DNA from: an uncultured Actinomycetes bacterium
Lineage (GTDB): Bacteria > Actinomycetota > Thermoleophilia > RBG-16-64-13
Length of the DNA stretch: 64,000 nucleotides
Direction of reading: 5' to 3'
NCBI GenBank assembly: GCA_963706025.1
Contig: CAVPLM010000003.1
Coordinates: 224,001-288,000, forward strand
The notes under the pieces are model-generated. The model made no database searches. It worked only from the letters and a program-made list of their open reading frames with translations, and had not been told where the DNA came from. Below, one piece after another: positions 1-10,685 of this stretch (position 1 is its first letter; each line of letters begins with the position of its first letter). The position numbers were made by a program, and so were the translations under genes.

Positions 1-16
1 CCCGCACCAGGGTTTT

Positions 17-2764
17 GTGCTCAGTCGGCCGCGACTGCAGGTCCTGGTTCGACCGGTGCTGGCCGGAGGTGTCATCTATCTCGTTGCGGGACCGGGCTAC
101 GGAAAGACCGCCTTCATAGTCGATCTGCTTTCGTCCACTAACAGTCATCCGGTCTACTACTCCCTCGACGAGGGCGATCGGGATCCTGTCCGCTTCCTTT
201 CGTACTTGATGACAGGTTTGGGCATGGGGGTTCCCGAAGCTCGCTCAGCGGTGTCGCTGGGTTGGTCAGAGCGGGGGGAAGGCAACGAGCTGGTGCTCGA
301 CATGACCGCCCGGTTGTTGGATTTCATGTCGACTCGTGGGGGAGAGTCGACCCTGGTGGCCCTCGATGACCTGCATCTCGTCGACACTTCGGCTCAGGTC
401 GTCAGTGTGCTGGAACTCATCACCCGAGGTCTACCTCCTGGCTGGACGATGCTTCTCTCGTCGCGTCGACGGGTGCCCTTTGCGCTCGATAGCGTGAATC
501 TCGGGGGCCGATTGGTACAGCTCCAAAGTCGTGAACTGCGTCTCACACCACGCGAGGTGACGGCCTGGGCCCGGCAAAACTGGGCGGTTCAGTTGCAGCC
601 GTCCGATGCCCGGGCCCTGTGGCGTCTGACCGAGGGCTGGCCGGCGGCGCTCGTGTTGCTCGGGCAGCACCTGCTCTCCCGAGGGGGTGATGTCAGCCGG
701 AAGGATATCGTGGGGATCGTTACCCGAGGGCGCGATCTGAGCGCCTACCTGGAGCGGCACATCCTTTCGGGGCTTGATCCCGCTTCTGCTCAGATCATGC
801 TTAGTGCCGCGCTTCTTCCGCGGGTGATCTTTCCTCGGGACGAGGCATTCCTGCCCGGCTCCTCCGGACAGGCCGAGGCTGCCCTCGAAGAATTCGTATC
901 CCGGGGCTTTCTGGTGATGCGCGTAGGCCGCCACAGCTACAGCGTTCATCCCCTCGTGCGTGGCTTCGCCGAACGCCAGGCCTGGCAGAGCAACGAGGGG
1001 ATCGATCTGGTGCGTCGAGCGGCAGAACATCTTGACCGGGTGGGCGAATACCACCAGGCGGCCTCCCTTTATCTGAGGGCCGGTCACGTTCAGGACGCCG
1101 CCCGCCCCCTACGGTCGCTCGCGTTGTCGTCGCTGAACGCTGCGGTCAACTTCGCCCGCGATGACTGGCTCGATCTGATACCCCCGACCGACAACGCAGG
1201 GGATGGGCTCGATCCGTGGCTGCTCGTGGCAAAGGCCCGGATCCTCCAACAGCAGGCTGAATACGCGGGCGCGGCGGCGCTCTACGAGCGGGCTGCTCGT
1301 CTTCTCTCGGCTTCCGGCGACAAGGAGGGACTACTGCCGGTTCTCCTGGGCTCCGCCTTCTGCCTCTACAACCAGGGCCGCTGGGAGGACAGCCTCGCGG
1401 TCATGACACGCTGCCGGTCCCTGGCCAGCTCTCATCGGGAGAAGGTGGAGGTGCTTGTGGCAGAAGGGAATGTGCTCGTGAGCCTCTGTCGGTGGGACGA
1501 GGCGGTGGAGAATTGGGAACGGGCGCTCGTTCTGGCCCCCACCGCCGACCGCCGTCCTCTCACCCAGCGCATCCATTTTCACAGGGCGCGGCTGTTCTAT
1601 TCGCTGGGCCACTACCATTTGGCCACGCAGTGGCTGGAGAAAGCCATGGGTGGCGGAGAGGGACCGCGGGGTCCTTCATATGCTATGGCCCTCAACGGTG
1701 CCACCATCCTCGCTTACCTGACCGGAGACTACGCACTCGCCGGTCGCTACGCCTGTGAGTGCATGGAGCTCGTTCGCACCCGCGGTTATGTATGGGTGCA
1801 GATGTCGGGCCTTCTCAATCAGGCCGCCGTTGCCATGGGTGCCTGGGATTACCGATCGGCGCTCACGAAGATCCGTGAAGCTCAGACCCTGGCGGCTGCG
1901 ACGGGTGACGCTGAGGCGTGCTTCTGGGCGGAGGATATGCTCGGGGATCTCTGTCGGCGTAACAAGAACGCGCTGCGGGCTCTGGAGCATCATCAGGTCG
2001 CTCTTGAGGTCGTGGAGAGGAGTCGATTGGCTGCGTTCGAACAGGTGCGGGCGCTGACGGCGGTGGGCATGGACCTGGCGGTACTCGGCCGGGACAAAGA
2101 CGCTCGGGTCTCGCTGGAAGAGACCGTGAGTCTGAGTCGCCGCTGGGGCCTCATGAGCTCGCTCTGCCCGGGTCTCTTCTATCTCGGTTGGTTGTATGCT
2201 CGTGAGGGACGCGAGCACGAAGCCGCCCGTTCGCTCCTGGAGGCTACGCGCGTGGCAGGCGAGCACGGACATGTCCACTTCTTCAGCCAGGAAGCGCGAG
2301 TGGCCGTACCGATCCTTGCTCTCTGCGACCGATTCGACTCCGGACCATTTGTTCGTGAAAGCATCGTCCCTCGGCTTCCGGAGCGCCTCCAGACCTATTT
2401 CCACCGCTTGGCTGGGGGGAAGGTATACCCCACCGACGTCCCTCTCGGGCCGCCGCGGGGGGCATTGACCGGACAGCCGGGCATTCCCGCGCTGAGCCCC
2501 ACCGACCGACTGGGTCCTGTCGCACTTGCAGGTATTGAGACCCTCACGGATCGGGAACGCGAGATCCTCAAGATGATCGCGCTGGGAATGCCGAACAAGG
2601 TGATCGGGAGCAAGCTGTTCATCACGGAGAAGACCGTGAAGACGCACGCAAACCATGTCTATCGCAAGCTCGGCGTGGCGAGCCGAGTACAGGCTACTCT
2701 CGTGTTCCAGAGCTACCAGCGTGCTCGCAGAGCCGGCGGGGCCGGGGGTCGCTCTCGTCGCTAA
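17..2764 (+). CDS. MalT-like (LAL) transcriptional regulator: AAA ATPase + TPR + LuxR HTH; true start probably upstream of the window
   Basis: Walker A GPGYGKT, LDDLH Walker B, LTEGWPAAL motif, TPR-like helices, C-terminal LTDREREIL...TVKTHANHVYRKLGV LuxR HTH; frame is open back to the window edge. Confidence 0.9.
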   Translation: MLSRPRLQVLVRPVLAGGVIYLVAGPGYGKTAFIVDLLSSTNSHPVYYSLDEGDRDPVRFLSYLMTGLGMGVPEARSAVSLGWSERGEGNELVLDMTARLLDFMSTRGGESTLVALDDLHLVDTSAQVVSVLELITRGLPPGWTMLLSSRRRVPFALDSVNLGGRLVQLQSRELRLTPREVTAWARQNWAVQLQPSDARALWRLTEGWPAALVLLGQHLLSRGGDVSRKDIVGIVTRGRDLSAYLERHILSGLDPASAQIMLSAALLPRVIFPRDEAFLPGSSGQAEAALEEFVSRGFLVMRVGRHSYSVHPLVRGFAERQAWQSNEGIDLVRRAAEHLDRVGEYHQAASLYLRAGHVQDAARPLRSLALSSLNAAVNFARDDWLDLIPPTDNAGDGLDPWLLVAKARILQQQAEYAGAAALYERAARLLSASGDKEGLLPVLLGSAFCLYNQGRWEDSLAVMTRCRSLASSHREKVEVLVAEGNVLVSLCRWDEAVENWERALVLAPTADRRPLTQRIHFHRARLFYSLGHYHLATQWLEKAMGGGEGPRGPSYAMALNGATILAYLTGDYALAGRYACECMELVRTRGYVWVQMSGLLNQAAVAMGAWDYRSALTKIREAQTLAAATGDAEACFWAEDMLGDLCRRNKNALRALEHHQVALEVVERSRLAAFEQVRALTAVGMDLAVLGRDKDARVSLEETVSLSRRWGLMSSLCPGLFYLGWLYAREGREHEAARSLLEATRVAGEHGHVHFFSQEARVAVPILALCDRFDSGPFVRESIVPRLPERLQTYFHRLAGGKVYPTDVPLGPPRGALTGQPGIPALSPTDRLGPVALAGIETLTDREREILKMIALGMPNKVIGSKLFITEKTVKTHANHVYRKLGVASRVQATLVFQSYQRARRAGGAGGRSRR

Positions 2765-2781
2765 GCATGGTTCCGGGGGCG

Positions 2782-2839
2782 AAGGAGCCGCCCCCCCGGG
2801 CCGGCCGGGGCAGGCCGGGGTCCCCGGGGCAGGCGGCTC
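2782..2839. terminator. GC-rich hairpin between convergent genes, possible bidirectional terminator
   Basis: gagccgcc...ccggg / cccgggg...ggcggctc inverted repeat; no U-tract. Confidence 0.35.
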
Positions 2840-2871
2840 AAGCGAGATAGGGGTCTTGGCTAGGGTCCTGT

Positions 2872-3942
2872 CTACTTCTCGAGTTGGAGCGGTATCTCGA
2901 TCACGTCGATCGGGGAGCCGTCCTTGGGTGACTCGGCGAACACGATGAGCGAACCTGGGCCGGGCTCGTCGATCTCGAAGGGGAGGGCCAAGGCGAAGGT
3001 ACCTCGGGTGCCGGTGCCTGATGTGGCCGTCACCAACCCCTCCTGGATGACGAGGCCGTCGGAGTCCACGATCCTCGCGCGGAACACCCCCTCGAAGACA
3101 TTGGCCGTGCCGTTGATGAGCATGGGGCTGCTCACTGTTTGGCCCAAGGTGGGCGACTCCACCAGGATGGCCGGAGACAGGTCTTCGTAATCGGCTCGGC
3201 TCATCGGATGATCCAGGATCAGGCCCTCTCCACCGAGCACGTCGATCGGCTCACCATCGAGCTTGAAATTGACCCCTTCGACGGTCGGAAACTGGGTCAG
3301 AGTGAAGACCACCTCGGCCAGTCGCATCATCATCGAGAGAGAGCCGCCACCCGAGGCATACTCCTTCGAGAGGTCAACGGTGGCGACCCCGTTGTCGATG
3401 GAGAGACCCAGGAAGGTGGTACCGGCGGGGATGTTGGTGACCATGCCCGCCTCTTCTTCAACATCGGTGGGACCTTCCAGGAGGGCTTTCATGGCGGCGG
3501 CGCCCACCTGCTGGGTCTTGGGGATGACACGGGCGGCCGCACTCATCATCTCGTCGCGCGAATAGTAGGCGTTGACGATCATCGTGTCCTCGGCGGCCGT
3601 CGTGCTGGTGGTGGACCCAGTAGGAGCAGTAGTGGAGGTTGTCGTGGTAGTGGATTCTTCCGGGGGCACGGTCACCGTGGTCTGAGGACCCTCGGTGGTA
3701 CTCACAGTGCCTCCGTCGCCGACCTCGCCACCATACCCACATGCGCCAACAGCCACGGTCGCGCCCGTGAGTACGAGGACCAATATGCCGAATACCAAGA
3801 CGAAGGGCACCATACGGCGCCGGGAGCTTCCCATTGTTCTGCCTCCATGGGGCCGTTTGGATTCACCATTGAGCAAAGGTCTCATCGCCTCTCCCTCCGT
3901 TCGACCCGCACCCTCTGCAGGCCCATTCCCGTACAAGTCCAT
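2872..3942 (-). CDS. GerMN-domain lipoprotein with C-terminal Gmad2-like Ig domain (LpqB-like accessory protein); start probably near 3834 or 3885
   Basis: Signal peptide with AVGAC lipobox, Thr-rich linker, ALLEGPT...IP.GT...ATVDLS...VFTLTQFPTV GerMN pattern, GTANVFEG...ESPKDGS; directly downstream of the HK/RR pair. Confidence 0.85.
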   Translation of the reverse strand: MDLYGNGPAEGAGRTEGEAMRPLLNGESKRPHGGRTMGSSRRRMVPFVLVFGILVLVLTGATVAVGACGYGGEVGDGGTVSTTEGPQTTVTVPPEESTTTTTSTTAPTGSTTSTTAAEDTMIVNAYYSRDEMMSAAARVIPKTQQVGAAAMKALLEGPTDVEEEAGMVTNIPAGTTFLGLSIDNGVATVDLSKEYASGGGSLSMMMRLAEVVFTLTQFPTVEGVNFKLDGEPIDVLGGEGLILDHPMSRADYEDLSPAILVESPTLGQTVSSPMLINGTANVFEGVFRARIVDSDGLVIQEGLVTATSGTGTRGTFALALPFEIDEPGPGSLIVFAESPKDGSPIDVIEIPLQLEK

Positions 3943-3978
3943 ATTTGACCCGTGACTTCACGGACCTGCCGCGATCAG

Positions 3979-3995
3979 GTAACGATCGTGTTACA
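3979..3995. promoter_or_regulatory. GTnAC-N6-GTnAC box (MtrA/GlnR-type OmpR-family site) upstream of the GerMN gene
   Basis: GTAAC-gatcgt-GTTACA; nearly identical copy at 13364-13380. Confidence 0.55.
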
Positions 3996-4072
3996 CAACA
4001 GCCGGTCATCGGCCGTGCCATTGGTCCGGCCGATAAGTGTGGCAGGAGTCGCGGAGGAAGGTGCGGTCGATC

Positions 4073-5575
4073 CTAGACAGGCAGAGTGAGCGCGAAGCAG
4101 GCTCCGCCACCGGGAACGTTGGCGACGGTCAACTCGCCCCCTAGGAGGCGAGCGTTCTCGCGCGCGATGGCCAAGCCGAGCCCGCTCCCGCGACTGGCCG
4201 AGCGGCTGGGGTCGGCCTTGTAGAATCGATCGAACACGTGGGGCAAGTGCTCCTCGGGTATCCCTGGGCCGCTGTCGGTTACGGTGACCCGGATGACGTC
4301 CCCCGCGGGAGGGGTCTGGGTGTCCTCGGTCCCGGGTACGAAACTCGTCTCGATGACGACGGGTTCCGCACCGTGGAGCAGAGCATTCTCCACGAGGTTC
4401 ACGACGATGCGTTCCAGCCGTCGCTTGTCGGTACTGATGACATGGGCGGAGCCATCGCCGCGTGGGGAGCCCACTGTGCCTGCGACGCCCGGGGTGCCGG
4501 GGGAGCTGGCATCGTCGAGGAGGCGCACAAATTCCGACCACCCATGGGCACCTACCAGCTGGGCGAGAAAGACCTGTATGTCCACCGGTTCAATGATGGT
4601 CTCGGCCGCCTGCGCCTCCAGCCGGCTTATCTCGAGCAGGTCGTCCACCAGTTGGCGAAGGCGGGAGATGTCCGCGCTCACCAATAGGGCGAGCTGCGCG
4701 ATCTCCGGGGGGCAGCCGTCCGGGTTCATCTCCAGCCGGGCCTTGAGCAAAGAAGCTTCGCCCACCAGCGCCGATACGGGCGTACGCAGCTCGTGAGTCA
4801 CGTCGGCCACGAAGCGGCGTTCTCGCGCTTGTCCGGCCTCCAGATCCAGCATCTTGGCCTGCAGGTTCTCGGCCATGCGATTGAAAGAGACCCCCAGAAC
4901 CCCGAACTCGTCGGTGCCCGCCGGCAATCGGATATCGAGATCGCCCTTGGACATCCGTACCGCTGCCTTACTGGCGTCTCGCACCGGTCCCAGGAGGCGG
5001 CGGGCCAGCGATAATCCGGCGATGGCTCCTAGGACCGCGAGCGCCAGCCCTCCGATGATGAGTATGTTGCGCAGTCGTGCCAGCTCCGCCAGCCGAGCTC
5101 CTTGGGGGTAGAAGAAATAGAACGCGAGGTCCGGTGATCGCACCTGCCCGCCGGCAGCAACGGTCGGCTCGCCGGCCATCGTGATCATCTGATAGCCGAT
5201 CCGACCCTCGGCCACCTTGGCGGCAAGCTCGGGCGTGATCAAGCCTGCGTCCACTTGCGGCCCGGAGACGAAGATCTCGTCGCCGGCCTCGATCAAGGTG
5301 GCGAAATCGCCACGGATCTTGAATGCGTCCAGAAGCCGGTTGTAGTCGGCAGCCTCAGGTGTCGCCGGGAGCATCGAATCGGCCAGGAACAGGTTGAAAC
5401 GCGACTGAGCCTTGGCCTTCTCGAGAGCCTCGTCGTCCTGAGCCGTCTTGGTGATGAAGTACGCTGATAGAGCGAGCGCCAGAGCGGTGATAACTACCGC
5501 GGCCGTGAAGATGAAGGCCACCCGACGCCGAAGGGAGTGTCGCGCTCCGGAGGGTCTGCGGTCGCGCTTTGCCAT
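4073..5575 (-). CDS. HAMP-domain sensor histidine kinase, MtrB-like
   Basis: Two TM helices, HAMP, FVADVTHELRTP H-box, NLVENA N-box, DSGPGI, FDRFYKAD, GSGLGLAI. Confidence 0.92.
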   Translation of the reverse strand: MAKRDRRPSGARHSLRRRVAFIFTAAVVITALALALSAYFITKTAQDDEALEKAKAQSRFNLFLADSMLPATPEAADYNRLLDAFKIRGDFATLIEAGDEIFVSGPQVDAGLITPELAAKVAEGRIGYQMITMAGEPTVAAGGQVRSPDLAFYFFYPQGARLAELARLRNILIIGGLALAVLGAIAGLSLARRLLGPVRDASKAAVRMSKGDLDIRLPAGTDEFGVLGVSFNRMAENLQAKMLDLEAGQARERRFVADVTHELRTPVSALVGEASLLKARLEMNPDGCPPEIAQLALLVSADISRLRQLVDDLLEISRLEAQAAETIIEPVDIQVFLAQLVGAHGWSEFVRLLDDASSPGTPGVAGTVGSPRGDGSAHVISTDKRRLERIVVNLVENALLHGAEPVVIETSFVPGTEDTQTPPAGDVIRVTVTDSGPGIPEEHLPHVFDRFYKADPSRSASRGSGLGLAIARENARLLGGELTVANVPGGGACFALTLPV

Positions 5576-6429
5576 CAGGAGATCCCCGGACGATCCGCGC
5601 GATAGCCGACCCCGCGCACCGTGAGTATCAGGAGTGGGCGAGCCGGGTCTTCCTCGATCTTCGTGCGTAGGCGCTGCACGTGCACGTCCACCAGGCGGCT
5701 GTCACCGAGATAGGTGTAGCCCCACACCAGTTCCAAGAGTTGGTCACGCGTGAGCACCTGCCCGGCGTGGCGCGCCAGTTCGTACAGGAGGCGGAACTCG
5801 GTGACCGTGAGGGGGACCTCTTCGCCACCCCGGAGCACGCGGTAGGCACCGGGATCGACGTTAAGAGATCCGAGTGTGATGGGCGGGGCAACAGTCACGG
5901 GGGAAGACCCACCGACAGGTCGCGCTCCGGCCGGCACCGCTCCTGCGGCGGATTCCTGCTGGGCGGCCGCCACCTCGGTGCCGGCTGCCCCAGGGGTGCC
6001 GGTCGCTACATCCGTCCCGGCCGGGGTTGGGGCCTTTGTCGACGCCCGACGCATCACCGAGCGAACCCGGGCATTCAGTTCAGGGAACTCAAACGGTTTG
6101 GTCACGTAGTCGTCGGCGCCCGATTCCAGCCCTACCACCACGTCCACGGTGGACGACCGGGCTGTGAGCATGATGATGGGGACGAGCGAGGTCTTGCGCA
6201 GCTCGCGGCAGACGGCAAAGCCGTCCAGGCCGGGCAGCATGATGTCGAGCAGCACCAGATCGGGCTGATGTTCGGCGAACGCCACTAAGGCAGACGGCCC
6301 GTCCTCCGCCGTCACCACGCGGTACCCTTCGCCCTCGAGTCCCAAGCTGATGACCTCGCGTAGCGAGGGGTCGTCCTCGACCACAAGCAGGAGTTCCTCC
6401 ACGCTCGGATTATCCCCGCCCACCGCCAA
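5575..6429 (-). CDS. OmpR-family response regulator, MtrA-like, with long Ala/Pro/Gly linker
   Basis: VEDD, LLDIMLP, PIIMLTAR, GADDYVTKPF; winged helix DSRLVDVHVQRLRTKIEEDP...TVRGVGYR. Confidence 0.92.
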   Translation of the reverse strand: MAVGGDNPSVEELLLVVEDDPSLREVISLGLEGEGYRVVTAEDGPSALVAFAEHQPDLVLLDIMLPGLDGFAVCRELRKTSLVPIIMLTARSSTVDVVVGLESGADDYVTKPFEFPELNARVRSVMRRASTKAPTPAGTDVATGTPGAAGTEVAAAQQESAAGAVPAGARPVGGSSPVTVAPPITLGSLNVDPGAYRVLRGGEEVPLTVTEFRLLYELARHAGQVLTRDQLLELVWGYTYLGDSRLVDVHVQRLRTKIEEDPARPLLILTVRGVGYRADRPGIS

Positions 6430-6553
6430 CGAGTCCAGCCCCGGGCTTGAAAAGACGCAGAGCCTTCGCTTCTGCGAGAGCGCTCAGGGCGTACAGACTC
6501 CCGGCTCGGAGGCCGTTTTGCGACCAAAACGGAACCTTCGGAAGAACTTGCAA

Positions 6554-6601
6554 TAACTATATATTGGGTGCTAGGATGCAGGAACACCCTACATCTTGTG
6601 T
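6554..6601 (+). promoter_or_regulatory. Tandem NrdR boxes
   Basis: taaCtAtATaTtGggt (6554-6569) and accCtAcATcTtGtgt (6586-6601) match acaCwAtATaTwGtgt, starts 32 bp apart, upstream of nrdR-nrdJ. Confidence 0.85.
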
Positions 6602-6693
6602 ATAGTTCACTCGGACGGCCGATGGGGCACCGGGTGCGCGTACGCCAGCAGGGGTCGGCATGATCGATGGGACCAAGAAGAGAGCGGGGGGTT

Positions 6694-7155
6694 GTGAACT
6701 GCCCATATTGCGGTCTTCCCGACAGCAAAGTGGTCGATTCACGCGAGACGGAGAGCAAAGAGGCCATTCGCCGACGGAGGGAATGCGTCAACTGCGGCCA
6801 GCGTTTCACTACTTATGAGAAGGTCGAAGAGATTCCCATCACGGTGGTCAAGCGCGACGGAACCACGCAGCTCTTTCATGCGGACAAGCTCCTGCGTGGC
6901 CTCATGCGGGCCTGCGCTAAGCGGAACGTGCCTATGGAGAGCTTGGAGGTGATCGTCTCCGACATCGAACGAGAACTCCGGGAGGAGTCGGCGTACGAGG
7001 TGACGTCCGAGCGGGTCGGTAAGATGGCGCTTGAGCGCCTGCAAGGGGTGGACCTGGTGGCCTACATCCGCTTTGCCTCGGTGTACCGGCAGTTCGACAG
7101 CATCGAGGGATTCAAACGGGAACTGGAACAACTTGCGAAAGAGGGGATCAGATGA
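6694..7155 (+). CDS. nrdR: Transcriptional repressor NrdR
   Basis: CPYC...SKVVDSR...[18 protein letters not shown] Zn ribbon, ATP cone, [11 protein letters not shown]; GTG start at 6694. Confidence 0.97.
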   Translation: MNCPYCGLPDSKVVDSRETESKEAIRRRRECVNCGQRFTTYEKVEEIPITVVKRDGTTQLFHADKLLRGLMRACAKRNVPMESLEVIVSDIERELREESAYEVTSERVGKMALERLQGVDLVAYIRFASVYRQFDSIEGFKRELEQLAKEGIR

Positions 7156-10100
7156 CCGTCGCCGAGCTGCGTGCCGCTTCGGCCGAGTTGGAGAAAAGAC
7201 TCTCCCCCAGTGCCAATAAAGTCCTGCAGAAGCGGTACCTGAAGCGTACCGAGACCGGTGAACCTCTGGAGACCGCGGCCGATATGTTCGCCCGGGTGGC
7301 GGAGAACATCGCCCAGGCCGACCTCATCTACCATCCCGAAACGTCTCTCGACGCCACCATCTCCGAGTTCTTCGAGGTGATGGCGCGGCTGGAATTCCTG
7401 CCCAACACGCCCACTCTGATGAATGCCGGGCGCGAGCTCCAGCAGCTATCCGCCTGCTTCGTCCTCCCGGTCGAGGACAGCATGGACTCCATCTTCAGCG
7501 CCATCCGCGACGCGGCACTGGTGCACCAGTCAGGTGGGGGTACGGGTTTCAGCTTCAGCCGGCTCCGGCCCAAGAACGACCTGGTCCGCTCCACCATGGG
7601 TGTGGCCAGCGGGCCGGTGTCGTTCATGCGCGTCTTCGATATGGCCACCGAGACCATCAAACAGGGGGGTACGCGCCGGGGCGCCAATATGGGCATCTTG
7701 CGGGTCGACCATCCCGACATCGTGGAGTTCATCCGGGCCAAAGAAGACGAGCATATCCTCAACAACTTCAACATCTCCGTAGGGGTCACCGAAGAATTCA
7801 TGGGGGCGGTTCTTACCGGTGACGACTATGCGCTGCGCAACCCTCGGGATCTCACCGAAGTGGGACGGCTGAACGCCCGCGAGATCTTCGACCTCATCGT
7901 GGATCTGGCCTGGAAGAACGGCGAGCCGGGCATCGTCTTCCTCGACCGGCTCAATCGTGACAATCCCACGCCCCAACTGGGCCAGATCGAATCCACAAAC
8001 CCATGCATCACCGGGGACACCCTGGTGTATACCGGCCGGGGACTGGTGCGGGCGATGGACCTCTTCCTGGAAGGCGAGCCCGATCCAGGTAGCGGTCGAT
8101 GGCCGCATGGCGGCGGCCGCTGTGTCCGGGGGCTGCACTCGGACCGGCCGAGGCGACAGCGTGACGGGCGGATCCTTGGTCGATTCGTCGCCTGTGTTCT
8201 ACAGCGGTCACAAGCAGGTCGTCCGGGTCACCACGAAGGAAGGCTATGAACTGCGGGTCACCCCCGATCACCGGATCATGACCGAGCGGGGCTGGGTGCC
8301 CGCGGGCGAGCTCGCGCCGGGCGATGAGGTGCACGTACTCAACCGCAAAGGTGGGTTCGGCAGCGAGGGCTCGGCAGAGCTGGGTCGAGTCCTGGGTTGG
8401 TTGGTGGGCGACGGCACGGTCAAATCAGACCGGGCAGTGCTCTCCTTCTGGGGAGAAGAGCGAGAGTTGGCGCCCGCCTTCCGTCGGGCGGTGGAAGCGG
8501 TGGTCAGACCGGCGGCCAATAACCGTGTGTACAGGGCCGGGGTGGTGGCCGTGGTCGAGCGGAACGAGACCCGGGTCCAGTCGGCGCGGTTGCGCGAGAT
8601 CGCCGAGGAGTACGGCCTGGTCGACGAGAAGCTGATGGTGCCCGAGCCGGTCCTGCGAGGCTCTGAAGACATGCAGCGCGGGTTCCTGCAGGCGCTGTTC
8701 ACGGCGGACGGGACGGTGCTCAACCAGGAGCCGGCACGCCGCGATGTGCGACTCACCTCGGTCAGCCTGGATCTGCTCCAGGATGTGCAGCGCATGCTGC
8801 TCAACTTCGGCATCTTCTGCCGGATCTACCAAGATCGCAAACGCGGTAAGGCGACGGCCTTGCTACCGGACGGCAAGGGTGGTCACAAGGAGTATCCGGT
8901 CCGGCCGTATCACGATCTGTGTGTGGGGAGTGAGAGTCTTTTTCGCTTCGCCAATGAGATCGGCCTGCTTAGCCGAGAGAAGTCCGCGGCACTACGCCGG
9001 GCGATAGAAGGTTACTCACGCGGGCCCAATCGGGAGAAGTTCGTAGCTCGCGTAGCAGCGGTCATCCCCGAAGGCGTCGAACCGGTCTTTGACTTGACGG
9101 AGCCATTGACCCATTCATTCATTGGAAATGGTATTGTCATATCGAACTGTGGAGAGCAACCTCTTCTGCCCTACGAGAGCTGCAATCTGGGCTCCATCAA
9201 CCTCGCCATCATGGTCAAAGATGGTGCCGTGGATTGGGATCGTCTGCGCCGGGTGACCCGCACGGGCGTCCACTTCCTCGACAACGTCATCGACATGAAC
9301 CGCTATCCCCTTCCCGAGATCGACAGGATGACCAAGGGAAACCGCAAGGTCGGCCTCGGGGTCATGGGTTGGGCCGACATGCTGGTGGAGCTGGGCATCG
9401 CCTACGATTCCGACGAAGCCATCAGGCTCGGGCACGAGCTGATGGGCTTCGTCCACGAGGAAGCCATTGAAGCCTCCGAGGACCTGGCCCGCGACCGGGG
9501 GGTGTTCCCCAACTGGGAGAGCAGCACGTGGAAGGCCAGCGAGAGGAAGGTACGAAACGCTACGCTCACGACCATCGCTCCCACCGGCACCATTTCCATC
9601 ATCGCCGGTTGCTCCAGCGGAGTGGAGCCCATATTCGCCCTGGCCTTCATCCGCAACGTGATGGACAACACCGAACTGCCGGAGGCCCATCCGGCGCTCG
9701 AGCAGGCGCTCAAGGAGCGCGGCCTGTACTCGGACGACCTCATGAAGAGCATCGCGACGATCGGTGGGCTGCACGACATGGAAGTGCCCGCGGATCTCAA
9801 GAAGGTCTTCGTCACCGCCCACGATGTGTCCCCGGAATGGCATATAAACATGCAGGCCGCTTTCCAGGACCACGTCGACAACGCCGTATCGAAGACGGTC
9901 AACTTCCCCAACCAAGCCCGGCCCGAAGACGTGGAGCGCGTCTACCTGCTCGCCTACGAACTGGGGGTCAAGGGCGTCACGATCTATCGCGACGGCTCCC
10001 GGCAGGAACAGGTGCTCAACATCGGCCAGGTCAAGCGCAAGGGAGCCGAGGCCGGGGAGGCCGTTCAGATGGAGCTCGGTCCGCAGGGTACCGCCGTCAT

Positions 10101-10578
10101 GCCGGTGCGGCCCAGTCGCTCTCCCGTGCTGCGCGGCGAGACCCGGGAGAAGGTCACGGGCTGCGGCAGTCTCTACGTCACCGTCAACGAAGACGACTTC
10201 GGTCCCAGGGAAATCTTCGCCAACATGGGGAAAGCCGGCGGTTGCGCTTCGGCGTCCACCGAAGCTATTGGACGACTCATCTCCCTGGCCTTCCGTTACG
10301 GGGTGCCACCCGACAAGATCGTGAAACAGCTCAAAGGTATCCGCTGTCACGTGCCTCTGGGATTCGGTCCCAATCAGATCCTTTCCTGCCCCGACGCTAT
10401 CGGCAAAGCGCTGGCCGACAAGTATCATCTCGCCAGCGGCAATGGCGGCAAGACCGTGGGCCAACTGGAGATCCCCATCTCGTTGGCGCAAGGCGCATGC
10501 CCGGACTGCGGCGGAGCGGTCGAGCACGAGGGCGGTTGCGTGGTATGCCGTTCATGCGGCTATTCCAAGTGCGCGTGA
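7152..10578 (+). CDS. nrdJ: Class II adenosylcobalamin-dependent ribonucleotide reductase with intein and C-terminal TSCPD/Zn-ribbon domain; one frameshift near 8080
   Basis: [32 protein letters not shown]|[45 protein letters not shown]...CRSCGYSKC. Confidence 0.93.
8004..9147 (+). mobile_element. Intein with LAGLIDADG homing endonuclease, inserted before the thiyl-radical Cys of NrdJ
   Basis: CITGDTLV block [11 protein letters not shown] block B, LGWLVGDG and [19 protein letters not shown] motifs, PVFDLTEP block F, NGIVISN|C end. Confidence 0.93.
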
Positions 10579-10685
10579 AACGAGTTCTAGGGTGCGTCGC
10601 GCGCGAAGCGCGCCACCCGGGTGCGTCTGGCGCCGGGCGCTGCCCGCCGCGCTCGGCGAGAGTTAAGGGTGGAGTGACCATCTTC

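Noticed and set aside
8070-8090. Programmed frameshift regulating the intein
   Set aside because: No slippery heptamer; fits the window-wide indel error pattern
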